From assembly GCA_017614895.1 (NCBI GenBank), contig JAGAAZ010000055.1, positions 1,658 through 65,657 on the forward strand: 64,000 bases of DNA. Reading direction: 5' to 3'. Below the pieces are notes generated by a model that worked only from the letters and a program-made list of their open reading frames with translations, ran no database searches and was not told where the DNA came from. Shown piece after piece: positions 26,421 through 35,958 of the stretch. Position numbers and translations under genes: made by a program. Source of the DNA: Bacteroidaceae bacterium (lineage in GTDB: Bacteria; Bacteroidota; Bacteroidia; Bacteroidales; Bacteroidaceae). The first letter of the stretch is position 1. Each line of letters starts with the position of its first letter.

Positions 26421-28433
26421 ATGAAGACAAAAACAATTCTCTTAGCGAGCATAATGCTCATTTGGAACAGTGGCAGCCTGTCGGCACAGACTCAGACGAT
26501 TCAGCTGAGCGGCTCATCGGCTGGCAAAACCTTCGACGGTATTGGTATCGTCAATGGAGGTGGTGCCACATCGGTACTGCTGAAGGACTATCCAGAGCCG
26601 CAACGCTCGGAAATCATGGACTTGGTGTATAAGCCTAAGTTTGGAGCCTCAGTGAGCACGCTGCTCGTCGAGATACCTGGCGATGGCAACTCCACACAAG
26701 GTTCTATGCCCTCCCATAGCCACTACAGAGGTGACAGCAACTTCCAACGTGGTTATATGTGGTGGGTGATGAGCGAGGCGAAGAAACGCAATCCAAAACT
26801 CTCGCTCGATGCTACAGCATGGAGTGCGCCGGCTTGGGTGGGCAATTATTGGTCACAAGATATGGCTGATTATTATGTGTCGTGGCTACAAGGTCTGCGT
26901 GAGGTGTATGGATTGGAACTCGATGCCATCGGATGCCACAACGAGAAAGGTGTTAGCTATGACTTTGCCAAAATGCTACGACGCACGATGAATGAACGTG
27001 GTTTCTCAAAGGTGAAGTTGCATGCCTTCGACAATTGGGGTGGGGGAAAGATGAACTTCCTGAAAGATATGCAGAATGACCCCGAACTGCGTGATGCCAT
27101 TGATGTGGTCAGTGCCCATACATTCAGTGAAATACCATTAACGAAGGAACAGCGTGAACTGGCAGAAGCAATGGGGAAACCCATCTGGAATAGCGAGGAT
27201 CATGTCTATCGCAAAGGTTTCGACTGCCTCATCAGCATCGTCAAGTGCTTCAATGAGAACTACATCGTAAGTGGAGCAACGAAGGTGGTCAACTGGTACG
27301 ACATTGCTGGTGTCTATCCTTTGGAGCCTTACAGCCACGACCCTGCGATGGTGCTGGCTTGGGAGCCTTGGAGCGGGCACTATGAAGTGCGCGAGAACCT
27401 GTGGGGTTATGCCCATTATGGACAGTTCACCGAAGTGGGTTGGCAGTATGTGGATGATGGTTGTCTGACATTGGATGGTGGCGGCACGATGATCACACTG
27501 AGAAACCCCATAACGGGCGACTACAGTATCATCGTTGAGACGAAAGATGCCAAAGAAGAACAGACAATAATGGTTCAGGTAGGCAAAGGTTTTAGCAAGG
27601 GTAAGTTGTGCGTGTGGCAAAGCACTGAAAAGGAGCAGTTTGTCAGAAAACCTGACATCAAAGGAGGCTCTTTCACCATCACGCTCCAACCCAATTCCGT
27701 CTATTCGCTCTCCACGACCCGTGGACAGCAGAAAGGTTCGTTTGCCGACATCCCCACCTCACAACCCTTCCCACTACCCTACGAGGACAACTTCGATGCC
27801 TATGATCCCCAAGCATGTGGCTACCTGCCGCACTATACCGCCGACATCATCGGTGCCTTTGAATTAGTGAATGGGAGTCTCCGTCAAACAGTCGGCTCCC
27901 ACACCCTCAGTTGGGCACCTGAATGGCATTACTACACCATCCTTGGCGATTCTGCTTGGCGCGATTACGAGGTAAGTGCCGACGTTTATCTGAATCCACA
28001 GGACGAGGCTGCTATTATGGGGCGTGTTTGCGATGTTGGTTCAGGTTACGGCATCTGGGCAAAAGGCTATTATTTGAAACTCGATGACCAAGGACAATGT
28101 ACGCTCGTCATTACTCGTGGCAAACTCGACCAGAAGGAACTCATTGGCGATAAGGAGCAACAAGAAGCTATCCTCGCCCGCAAGGATGTGGAAGTGGGAG
28201 GAGAACACACACTCGCCACAGCCCAAGTCGAAGGCATTGCTCCCTATCATTGGTACAACTTGCGCCTGCGTTTCGAGGGCGACATAATCACTGGCTATGT
28301 TGATGGCAAGCAGGTGGTACAAGCAAAGTCCGACCGCTACCCAAAAGGTATGGTCGGACTCATGGCTCCGATGCAACAGCAACGCATCAGCACACCTTAT
28401 TTCGACAATCTCAAGATTGTTCCAATCTATTAG
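26421..28433 (+). CDS. GH59 family glycosidase (full-length homologue of galactocerebrosidase)
   Basis: 670-aa ORF collinear with mammalian GALC: FDGIGIVNGGGATSVLLKDYPEPQRSEIMDLVYKPKFGAS, VEIPGDGNSTQGSMPSHSH, RGYMWWVMSEAKKRNP, WNSED, EPWSGHYEV. Also has a C-terminal lectin-like domain. TACATTTG box at 26380-26387. Confidence 0.85.
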   Translation: MKTKTILLASIMLIWNSGSLSAQTQTIQLSGSSAGKTFDGIGIVNGGGATSVLLKDYPEPQRSEIMDLVYKPKFGASVSTLLVEIPGDGNSTQGSMPSHSHYRGDSNFQRGYMWWVMSEAKKRNPKLSLDATAWSAPAWVGNYWSQDMADYYVSWLQGLREVYGLELDAIGCHNEKGVSYDFAKMLRRTMNERGFSKVKLHAFDNWGGGKMNFLKDMQNDPELRDAIDVVSAHTFSEIPLTKEQRELAEAMGKPIWNSEDHVYRKGFDCLISIVKCFNENYIVSGATKVVNWYDIAGVYPLEPYSHDPAMVLAWEPWSGHYEVRENLWGYAHYGQFTEVGWQYVDDGCLTLDGGGTMITLRNPITGDYSIIVETKDAKEEQTIMVQVGKGFSKGKLCVWQSTEKEQFVRKPDIKGGSFTITLQPNSVYSLSTTRGQQKGSFADIPTSQPFPLPYEDNFDAYDPQACGYLPHYTADIIGAFELVNGSLRQTVGSHTLSWAPEWHYYTILGDSAWRDYEVSADVYLNPQDEAAIMGRVCDVGSGYGIWAKGYYLKLDDQGQCTLVITRGKLDQKELIGDKEQQEAILARKDVEVGGEHTLATAQVEGIAPYHWYNLRLRFEGDIITGYVDGKQVVQAKSDRYPKGMVGLMAPMQQQRISTPYFDNLKIVPIY

Positions 28434-28447
28434 TCATCCACGAATCA

Positions 28448-30013
28448 TTATTCTTCAAACATGAACTCCGTCCAGTCGAAGTCGGCATAGCTGATGATGC
28501 TTGAAAGCGTATGGGCAAAGATGCCGAGGTGAACACCACAGAAGCCACCGATGGTCTCGGTGCTCAGATAACGGTAGTCCTGACGAGCAAGATGGGTGAA
28601 GTGTTCGTTATCCGTTGAGTAATACAGATGATAGAACTGCTGATCGGCAGTGATGCGCAGATAGACGATGTTCTCGTTCAGCGGAATATCTTTTTCGATA
28701 TGCTCTATTTCACCGATGCGAATTTTGGCTTGAATGTAATGTTTGCCGTCTCTCGTTACCACCTGCATATCGTAATGGTTATGATGGGCTGCGTAGGCCG
28801 TGATGCCAGCTACACCACCGTCCTTCAGTCCTGACACATCGACCTTGGTGGTAGCCGTGAAGTTGGGCTCTGACTGGCGATGACCGATAAAAGTAGGATT
28901 GCCCACCTCATCAAGCGTGACGATAGAGGTGGTCATACGCAGCCAACCCTTGCGGGCCGTCAGCGAATAGTGGGCTTTTTGTGGCATATTCAGGTGGCTC
29001 CAATAAAGCGACAGCTTGTCTGCATCGAAATCATCCTTAGATGGCTCCACGGGCATTGGAACCTGTGGGAGCGTCTGGCATTTCATATCAATCTGAAGCG
29101 TTCCATCATTATTAACTACAGGCCATTCGCCTTCATCCCATTTGACTGGAGCCAAGAACGTCTCACGTCCCATCACGTGCTGCAGATAGCCGTGGGTGCG
29201 ATAGCCGAGACAGATCATCCACCACGAACCGTCAGGAGCCTGTACCAAGTCAGCATGTCCAAGACCTTGGATGTTGCTGTTCTGCATCTTCATGCTGAAA
29301 TGCGAAAGGATGGGATTGGCTGGATTCGGCTCATAGGGACCAAACAGATTCTTGCTGCGCAGGATGTTCACGTGATGTCCGTGCTCCGTGCCGCCCTCTG
29401 CCAACATCAGATAATAATAGCCATCCTTCTTGTAGATATGCGGTCCTTCGGGATAGCGCCCGCCAAGACCTGTGCCCAGATGATGTATCTCACCGAGCTG
29501 CTTGCCCGTCTTCACGTCAATCTCGCAGATCTTGATGTCACCCTCCTTCCACAGGAAGTAGCACTTGCCACCCTCGAAGTATAGCGTCGGGTCGCAACTG
29601 CCCAAACAGAAGTCGATGTAGATGGGGTCAGACCATTCACCGTTAGGGTCATCTGTATAAACATAAAAGTGTTTGCGCGAAGGATAGACCGTCGTCACCA
29701 TGTAGAAGCGGCCCTCATGATAGCGGATGGTGGGGGCATAAATGCCACTTTGCTCGTGCATGTTCTCAATCCTGACCTGCGACTCGCGGGTGAGGCAAGC
29801 GCCCACCTGTTCCCAGTGAATCAGATCCTTGCTGTGAAACACAGGTACGCCAGGATAGTACTGAAACGTGCTGTTCACCAGATAGAAATCGTCGCCAGCG
29901 CGACACACAGAAGGGTCAGCATGAAAGCCCGGGAGCACAGGATTCTTGAATCCCTGAGAATAGCTCATCAGGCTCAGCATCAAGATTGTTACAATAAGGG
30001 TTAGTCTCTTCAT
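28448..30013 (-). CDS. GH43 beta-xylosidase/alpha-L-arabinofuranosidase with C-terminal beta-sandwich domain
   Basis: Started at MKRLTLIVTIL (30013). NPVLPGFHADPSVCRAGDDFYLVNSTF is the GH43 N-terminal catalytic Asp motif. EGPHIYKKDGYYYL carries the acid Glu. Confidence 0.88.
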   Translation of the reverse strand: MKRLTLIVTILMLSLMSYSQGFKNPVLPGFHADPSVCRAGDDFYLVNSTFQYYPGVPVFHSKDLIHWEQVGACLTRESQVRIENMHEQSGIYAPTIRYHEGRFYMVTTVYPSRKHFYVYTDDPNGEWSDPIYIDFCLGSCDPTLYFEGGKCYFLWKEGDIKICEIDVKTGKQLGEIHHLGTGLGGRYPEGPHIYKKDGYYYLMLAEGGTEHGHHVNILRSKNLFGPYEPNPANPILSHFSMKMQNSNIQGLGHADLVQAPDGSWWMICLGYRTHGYLQHVMGRETFLAPVKWDEGEWPVVNNDGTLQIDMKCQTLPQVPMPVEPSKDDFDADKLSLYWSHLNMPQKAHYSLTARKGWLRMTTSIVTLDEVGNPTFIGHRQSEPNFTATTKVDVSGLKDGGVAGITAYAAHHNHYDMQVVTRDGKHYIQAKIRIGEIEHIEKDIPLNENIVYLRITADQQFYHLYYSTDNEHFTHLARQDYRYLSTETIGGFCGVHLGIFAHTLSSIISYADFDWTEFMFEE

Positions 30014-30034
30014 CTTATCTCGTTTATTTTGCTG

Positions 30035-30042
30035 CAAAGGTA
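30035..30042 (-). promoter_or_regulatory. -7 box TACCTTTG for GH43 (28448-30013)
   Basis: Plus strand reads caaaggta. 22 nt upstream of the ATG. Confidence 0.45.
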
Positions 30043-30141
30043 CATAAAAATTAGCTCACCTGCAAAACAGTATTGAGTTTTTAAGAAGGGCTGGGTCGCG
30101 AAATGCGACGCCAGCCCTTTGTAGTTAGTTAGTTTATTTGA

Positions 30142-31824
30142 TTAGTTCACGTGGAACCAGTCGAAATCAACGATGCCGCCTGTCTGCTGGGTGGCGAAGT
30201 TGAAGAGCATGAAACGCTGACCGCAGAAGTCGGGCATGTCGTATGCCATCTGGAGGGTGTCACCGATGGACTTCCAATCTTTTCCGTCGAGGCTGTAGTA
30301 GAAGGTGGCCTTGTCGGTGCGGTCGCGGAAGTCGTGATCTACACGAAGCCAGACTTTTGTCTGAGCAAGAGGCTGGGTTTCAATGTCCTTGCCGTTGGCA
30401 TCGTCACGATCCATCGCACGGTGCATCACAAGGTAGAGTTGTCCGTTCTCCTTCTTCACACCCACGAAGCCATAACGACGTTGGAAGGAGGCGAGACCTG
30501 CCCAGTCACCGTCTTTCATCTGAGAGACATCCATGAGGGTCTGTCCTGAGCAGGTAGGACCGAAGGTGCGCTGGGTGAGCGAATTGCGGGCATCACGGAT
30601 GTTGTGCGCCACCGAGGTGGTCTTCAGACGCAGCCAACCCTTGCGTTCGGTGAGGCTCCATCCGTTGTGGTCGGGAATGTGGTTCCACTGCCAGCATAGT
30701 TTTAGACCTGGTGCCCATGAACCGAAACGTGACTTGCTCTTCTTGGGTTGCCAGATGTCGAACTCATCGCTCTGAACGATGTTCATGCCCTTAGAGGCAG
30801 GCAGATTCACGCGATAGGGTGTGGTCATGTTGCGACCTGCTGGCAGCTTGTCGGTGGTACCGTTACCCACGATGGGCCAACCGTCGGCACTCCAAGTCAT
30901 GGGCAACCAGATGGGCATACGACCTACAGAACCGTAGTCCTTGAAGAGGAAGCACCACCACTTGCCCTCGGGAGTCTGAACGATGCCGCCCTGACCGATG
31001 CCGTTGGTCTGCATCACGATGTTGCCTTCCTCGTCAATCATCTCGCCACCAAACACCATGTGGCTTTCCCACTCACCATTCAGCAAGTTCTTGGTGCGCC
31101 ACACGATTTCCTGACGCTGACCATCGCAACCCTGAATCATGAAGATGTAGTAGTAGTCACCAATCTTGTAACCATGATAACCCTCGGCACGAAGTCCACG
31201 GGCAGGTTTCTCCAGATTGGCATAATCCAGCACCTTGCGGCGTTCGCTCACCGTCACGTTCCAGTCCTTATCAACTGAAATCTCACGCAGGTACATCGCA
31301 TTGTCGGAGAAAGTGTCGGCTGGATGCAGCACATACTTCTTCACCTTTGTGCCAGTATCTTCAAAGAGCAGTCCTGGGTCGTAGCACTTGTCGGTGGTGG
31401 AGCAGTGCCACTTGCCGTGCTCGATGTCGTCAGTCACGTAGAAATATGTCTTGCCTGTCGTGTTGCAGGTCATGATCATGTAGAACATCTTCTCGTAGGG
31501 GTCGTAGCGCAGATTGGCAGCCCACGAGCCTTGAGAATAGTCGCTCTGTCCGTTCAGCAGACGGAACTTGTCACCCTCATCAATCTCGTCATAGGCATAG
31601 TTGATGATCTCCCAATTCACAAGGTCTTTCGACTTCATGATGCCGCAACCAGGCGAAAAGTGCATCGTGGTGGAGACCATGTAGTAGGTATCATCCACAC
31701 GGATGATGTCGAGGTCAGGTACATCGGCAAAGAGGACGGGGTTCGTCATCATGCCCTTCTCAGTCTGTGCCGCCATACTCATCGTGGCCAGCACCATACA
31801 CACAATTGTCAGTAATCTTTTCAT
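30142..31824 (-). CDS. GH43 family glycoside hydrolase with C-terminal beta-sandwich domain
   Basis: 560-aa ORF. Signal peptide, then NPVLFADVPDLDIIRVDDTYYMVSTTMHFSPG and EGYHGYKIGDYYYIF. TAACTTTG box at 31865-31872. Confidence 0.88.
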   Translation of the reverse strand: MKRLLTIVCMVLATMSMAAQTEKGMMTNPVLFADVPDLDIIRVDDTYYMVSTTMHFSPGCGIMKSKDLVNWEIINYAYDEIDEGDKFRLLNGQSDYSQGSWAANLRYDPYEKMFYMIMTCNTTGKTYFYVTDDIEHGKWHCSTTDKCYDPGLLFEDTGTKVKKYVLHPADTFSDNAMYLREISVDKDWNVTVSERRKVLDYANLEKPARGLRAEGYHGYKIGDYYYIFMIQGCDGQRQEIVWRTKNLLNGEWESHMVFGGEMIDEEGNIVMQTNGIGQGGIVQTPEGKWWCFLFKDYGSVGRMPIWLPMTWSADGWPIVGNGTTDKLPAGRNMTTPYRVNLPASKGMNIVQSDEFDIWQPKKSKSRFGSWAPGLKLCWQWNHIPDHNGWSLTERKGWLRLKTTSVAHNIRDARNSLTQRTFGPTCSGQTLMDVSQMKDGDWAGLASFQRRYGFVGVKKENGQLYLVMHRAMDRDDANGKDIETQPLAQTKVWLRVDHDFRDRTDKATFYYSLDGKDWKSIGDTLQMAYDMPDFCGQRFMLFNFATQQTGGIVDFDWFHVN

Positions 31825-31864
31825 TTTAAATTAACGGTATATTGAGTTTGTAACAAAACTGGTG

Positions 31865-31872
31865 CAAAGTTA
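31865..31872 (-). promoter_or_regulatory. -7 box TAACTTTG for GH43 (30142-31824)
   Basis: Plus strand reads caaagtta. 41 nt upstream of the ATG. Confidence 0.5.
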
Positions 31873-31938
31873 TAGAAAAAGGAGGAGACGCCCCAATGGA
31901 AACGTTTCATAAAGGTGCGAATTCCTTTCAAACCAGTC

Positions 31939-34900
31939 TTAATCTTGATTCATCTCGGCATACTGTGACGGGGACATACCGAAATGGTTCTTGAAGGCGG
32001 TGGAGAAATGGGCTTGGTCGGTGTAGCCCACCTTATCAGCCACCTGCGACACATTGACTTTGCCCTCGCGCAGCAGACGGGCTGCCTGTTCCATACGAAG
32101 GTTGCGAAGGAAACGCCCTGTGGCGATGCCCGTGATTTCCTTCATCTTGCGATGCAGTTGGGCACGACTGAGACCGACATCAGCGGCAAGTACATCGACA
32201 TTATATTCAGGATCGGACATGTGGGCATTGACGGAGCGCATGATACGATCCATGAGGGCATCGTCATTGCCTTTCACCTCGACATTCTCCACGCGCTCCT
32301 CCTGCTGAACAGCACCGCTGAACTTGCCTCGCAGACGGCGCACATTGTCGATGAGGTTGTCAATCTGGATGTGCAGCTCGTCCATGTTGAAAGGCTTGGC
32401 GATGTAGGCATCGGCACCGCTCTTCAGTCCCTCGAGCTTATTTTCCACAGCAGCTTTCGAGGTAAGCATGATGACAGGCAACTGCGAGATGTTGGGGTTC
32501 TCTTTGATGCGCCGCAGCAGGGTGATGCCGTCCATCTCGGGCATCATCACATCGCTGATGACGAGGTCGTAGGAACTGGTGAGCAGCATCTTCAGTGCCT
32601 CCTTACCGTTGGGTGCGTGGTCGAACTTGTATCTGTCGCCCAGTTCGCCAATGATGTAGTTGGCGATTTCTTGGTCATCATCGGCAATGAGGACGCGGAA
32701 CTTGCGATAGGCGTGCTTGCCGCCACCTGCCGACAAGACCTCGCGGGCTGGGTTGTCAGTGACAATCTGCTCAGGCTTCAGGTGATTGTTGCCCTTAGGA
32801 ATGGTGACGATGAAGCAAGCACCTTGTTCACCATCGGTGCGATTCTGTGCCTTGATCTGACCTCCGTGCATCTTGACGATGTTCTGGCTCAGGTTCAGAC
32901 CGATGCCTGTGCCCTGCATACCGAGGCTGTCGGCATTGCGACCCTGATAGAAGCGGTCGAAGAGGCGCTCCTTGTCCTCGTCCTTGATGCCCATCCCATT
33001 GTCAATCAGCTGAATCTCTATGTCGTGTTCCTGCTCCTTCAACACCACCTTCACCTCTCCCCCATCGTAGGTGTACTTGAAGGCGTTGCTCAGGAGATTG
33101 CTGATGACCTTGTCGAAGTTGATGCGGTCTATCCATGCCAGCACATGATCTTTGTCGTGCTCGAAGGTGAAGGTGATGTTGCGCTGATTGGCATTGTACT
33201 GGTAGAGTTTACAAATGCCGGTGATGAAGTCCACAAGATTCGTCTCGCGGCAGTGCAGCTGCATCTGGTTCTTGTCTATCCTGCGCTCATCAAGTATCTG
33301 GTTGACGAGCAGCATAAGCCGCTGGGCATTACGGTCGATGGTCTGGATGGAGGGTTGAAGAACGGAAGAATTGAAAGATTGAAGTTCTTCTATTGTCTTC
33401 AATTCTTCAATTTTTGAATTCTTCAATTTTTCCAGCGGTCCCATGATGAGTGTCAACGGCGAGCGGATATCATGGGTGGCATTGATGAGGAACTTCATCT
33501 TCTCATCATCCAGTTCCCTTCGTTTCCGCTGGTTGTAGCTGCGGATGAGATACCACGCGACGAGGGCTGCAATGAGCAGATAGACGAGGATAGCCCATGT
33601 GGACAAGTACCAGGGGTTCTCCACCACGACGGTCAGCGTGAGCACCTCCGATGATGCCACACCGTAACTTTCTGCACGTACTTCTATTTGGTAGGTGCCA
33701 GGCTTCATCTTGCCAAATGAAATCGTGTTGGTTCCTTTGGTCGTTGACACCCATTGCCCTTCGTTCAGGCGATACTGGAAACTGATGTTGTCGGTGCTCT
33801 CATAGTCGAGCAATGAGAACTCCATCGAGAAGGAATTCTCGTCGTAAGGGATGGTGAACCTGTTGCTTCTGAAATCGACAGGTCTGCCATCACGCAGGAA
33901 ACGGGTGAGATGCACCTTCACTCGATTAGCACTCCCGCTCTGGATATCCAAGGGATTGAATATCGTCAACCCGTCACGTTGTCCGAAAGCAATCCTCCCA
34001 TCTGGAAATGTGAAAGCGGCACCTGCAATGTATTCTCGTGTGCTGAGCCCATTCCCGTTCAGATGATTCACGAAGCATTTCTTCTGTCGGATATACTGCC
34101 AAATGCCTTGTGTGGTGCTGATCCAGAGGTCGCCCTTGTTGTCCTCCACAATGCTGCTGATGCTCACGTCCTCTAACAGCTCTGCACCAGGGAAGCGTTC
34201 TGTCGTGTTCGCTGAATGCCGATAGATGTAAAGACCGTCGGCAGTGCCGATGACGATGTCATGCTCTTGCGTCTCGCAGAGTGGTCCGCAAGCGATGTTT
34301 TCAAGCAAGACGTTCCATCCCATACTATTGAAACTTCCATCTGAGGGATTCATGCACGACACGCCTATGGCAGTTGACAACCACAATCGTTGATGGCTGT
34401 CCATCATCATGTATCCTACCCAGTCATTGCACAGTTTCCCGTTCGGACTGTCCATGCTGGCGTTGAAGGGTTGTGTGGCTCCCGTCTCTGTGTTATACTT
34501 GTAGAAACCTTTGCCAAAGACGGAAATGTACAGATTTCCGTTGCCGTCGCTGATGATCTGTCCAATACTGATGCCTTCAAACGCTTGCTTCTTCTGTAGT
34601 ATTCCTGTGGCTGCATCGAAGAAATACAAGGTGTTACCTGTGCCGAGCCAGTAGCGTTGCTCACGCTCCCAACAGACAGTCAATAATTCTGGCTGGGTGG
34701 CAATGCGTGACTGAATCAGTCCTTGATGGTCGATGTGACACAGAAGACCTTGTCGAACAGCACACCAGGCTCCCCCTTTGCCATCGGGTGCGATTGCAGT
34801 CAGACGACCGGCGAACTGGGTGTCTTGTCCAGCGAGGCTCCAGCTGTTGAAGGCTGGCACTCGCTGCGAGGCGAGGAAGATGCCCGTGCCGAAACAGGTC

Positions 34901-35838
34901 AGCCAAAGATGATCGTTTTTGTCCTGCATGATGTGGCTCACATAGGGCGCTCCCTGCTGGCGATGGTTCTCTGTCAGCGGTTCCTTCCTTGCCGTCTTCT
35001 TACCTTTGTCGATAACAAGCAAACCCTGACTACTGGTGCCTATGTACAGATTGCCAGATGGGGCAAGGAAAGCGTGAGTCATGGTCAAGTCAGTACCACC
35101 CACACTGAGGTCGTAGCCCGCATCCTTCAGGGTGTCTGTGGCATAATCGTAACGCAAGATGCCCTTCTTGCACACCAGCAACACACTTCCCCCATCTATG
35201 TCCACAAAGGCCATCGGTTCTCCTTTGTCACTGTGGAAGACCTTGCAGAATTTCATCTTGCTGCCTTTCATCACATAAAGATATGCCATATCCATATGAT
35301 TGCCGCACCACAGGTTCCCTTTTTTATCAATGTGCAGATGGGCAATGAAGTTGTTGTTGGACTGGGCAGAAAATTCGTCACATCGTGTGATTGTGCCTGC
35401 CGACATCACATACATACCCATTCCTGCTGTGCCGAGGAAGATGTTCCCCTCCTTATCTTGCACCATCGTGTTGACTCGCGGCTCAACACCATTAGGGAAA
35501 GGCAGTCGGATGAAACTTTCTGACGCATAGTCATATCGACAAAGTCCCTTGGCGTGTCCCACCCAGAAGTTGCCGTTGCGGTCGGGCAGGAAGCAGTTCA
35601 CGTAGTTGTCGGGCAACGTGGTTGAGTCACGGTGAACGTGGTAGTAGTTCGTGAAGTGATAGCCGTCGAATCGAGACAGACCATAGTCGGTCGCTATCCA
35701 GATGAAACCACAGTCATCCTGACAGATATCCATCACACTGCTGCTCGCCAACAATTCCGAGGAATAGAAGCGTCCCCCGATGGCACTAACTGTCAGCGTG
35801 ATGCAACAAAAACAAAAAGATAAAAGGGTCTTGTGCAT
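31939..35838 (-). CDS. Hybrid two-component system sensor kinase / response regulator with AraC-type HTH (HTCS)
   Basis: Started at MHKTLLSFCFCCITLTVSA (35838). Periplasmic beta-propeller repeats, one TM helix (WAILVYLLIAALVAWYLI), H-box FLINATHDIRSPL, G2 box GTGIGLN, receiver VLIADDD...DVMMPEMDG, and a C-terminal AraC HTH (GYTDQAHFSTAFKNHFGMSPSQY). Confidence 0.9.
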   Translation of the reverse strand: MHKTLLSFCFCCITLTVSAIGGRFYSSELLASSSVMDICQDDCGFIWIATDYGLSRFDGYHFTNYYHVHRDSTTLPDNYVNCFLPDRNGNFWVGHAKGLCRYDYASESFIRLPFPNGVEPRVNTMVQDKEGNIFLGTAGMGMYVMSAGTITRCDEFSAQSNNNFIAHLHIDKKGNLWCGNHMDMAYLYVMKGSKMKFCKVFHSDKGEPMAFVDIDGGSVLLVCKKGILRYDYATDTLKDAGYDLSVGGTDLTMTHAFLAPSGNLYIGTSSQGLLVIDKGKKTARKEPLTENHRQQGAPYVSHIMQDKNDHLWLTCFGTGIFLASQRVPAFNSWSLAGQDTQFAGRLTAIAPDGKGGAWCAVRQGLLCHIDHQGLIQSRIATQPELLTVCWEREQRYWLGTGNTLYFFDAATGILQKKQAFEGISIGQIISDGNGNLYISVFGKGFYKYNTETGATQPFNASMDSPNGKLCNDWVGYMMMDSHQRLWLSTAIGVSCMNPSDGSFNSMGWNVLLENIACGPLCETQEHDIVIGTADGLYIYRHSANTTERFPGAELLEDVSISSIVEDNKGDLWISTTQGIWQYIRQKKCFVNHLNGNGLSTREYIAGAAFTFPDGRIAFGQRDGLTIFNPLDIQSGSANRVKVHLTRFLRDGRPVDFRSNRFTIPYDENSFSMEFSLLDYESTDNISFQYRLNEGQWVSTTKGTNTISFGKMKPGTYQIEVRAESYGVASSEVLTLTVVVENPWYLSTWAILVYLLIAALVAWYLIRSYNQRKRRELDDEKMKFLINATHDIRSPLTLIMGPLEKLKNSKIEELKTIEELQSFNSSVLQPSIQTIDRNAQRLMLLVNQILDERRIDKNQMQLHCRETNLVDFITGICKLYQYNANQRNITFTFEHDKDHVLAWIDRINFDKVISNLLSNAFKYTYDGGEVKVVLKEQEHDIEIQLIDNGMGIKDEDKERLFDRFYQGRNADSLGMQGTGIGLNLSQNIVKMHGGQIKAQNRTDGEQGACFIVTIPKGNNHLKPEQIVTDNPAREVLSAGGGKHAYRKFRVLIADDDQEIANYIIGELGDRYKFDHAPNGKEALKMLLTSSYDLVISDVMMPEMDGITLLRRIKENPNISQLPVIMLTSKAAVENKLEGLKSGADAYIAKPFNMDELHIQIDNLIDNVRRLRGKFSGAVQQEERVENVEVKGNDDALMDRIMRSVNAHMSDPEYNVDVLAADVGLSRAQLHRKMKEITGIATGRFLRNLRMEQAARLLREGKVNVSQVADKVGYTDQAHFSTAFKNHFGMSPSQYAEMNQD
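33365..33430. repeat. Intragenic copy of the AATTGAAG octad hairpin repeat (inside the HTCS gene)
   Basis: GAAGAATTGAAAGATTGAAG ... CTTCAATTCTTCAATTTTTGAATTCTTCAATTTT. Same words as the intergenic element at 49866-49974. Confidence 0.75.
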
Positions 35839-35858
35839 GATTTCAACAATTTTGTGGG

Positions 35859-35866
35859 CAAAATTA
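35859..35866 (-). promoter_or_regulatory. -7 box TAATTTTG for the HTCS gene
   Basis: Plus strand reads caaaatta. 21 nt upstream of the ATG at 35838. Confidence 0.45.
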
Positions 35867-35958
35867 CACAATAATCCTTATACGACCATAGGTTTTTGTC
35901 ACATAATCATCGAAAAATGTTGCAAGGCCAATTTTGTATCCTCTCAGGTATTATTTAT

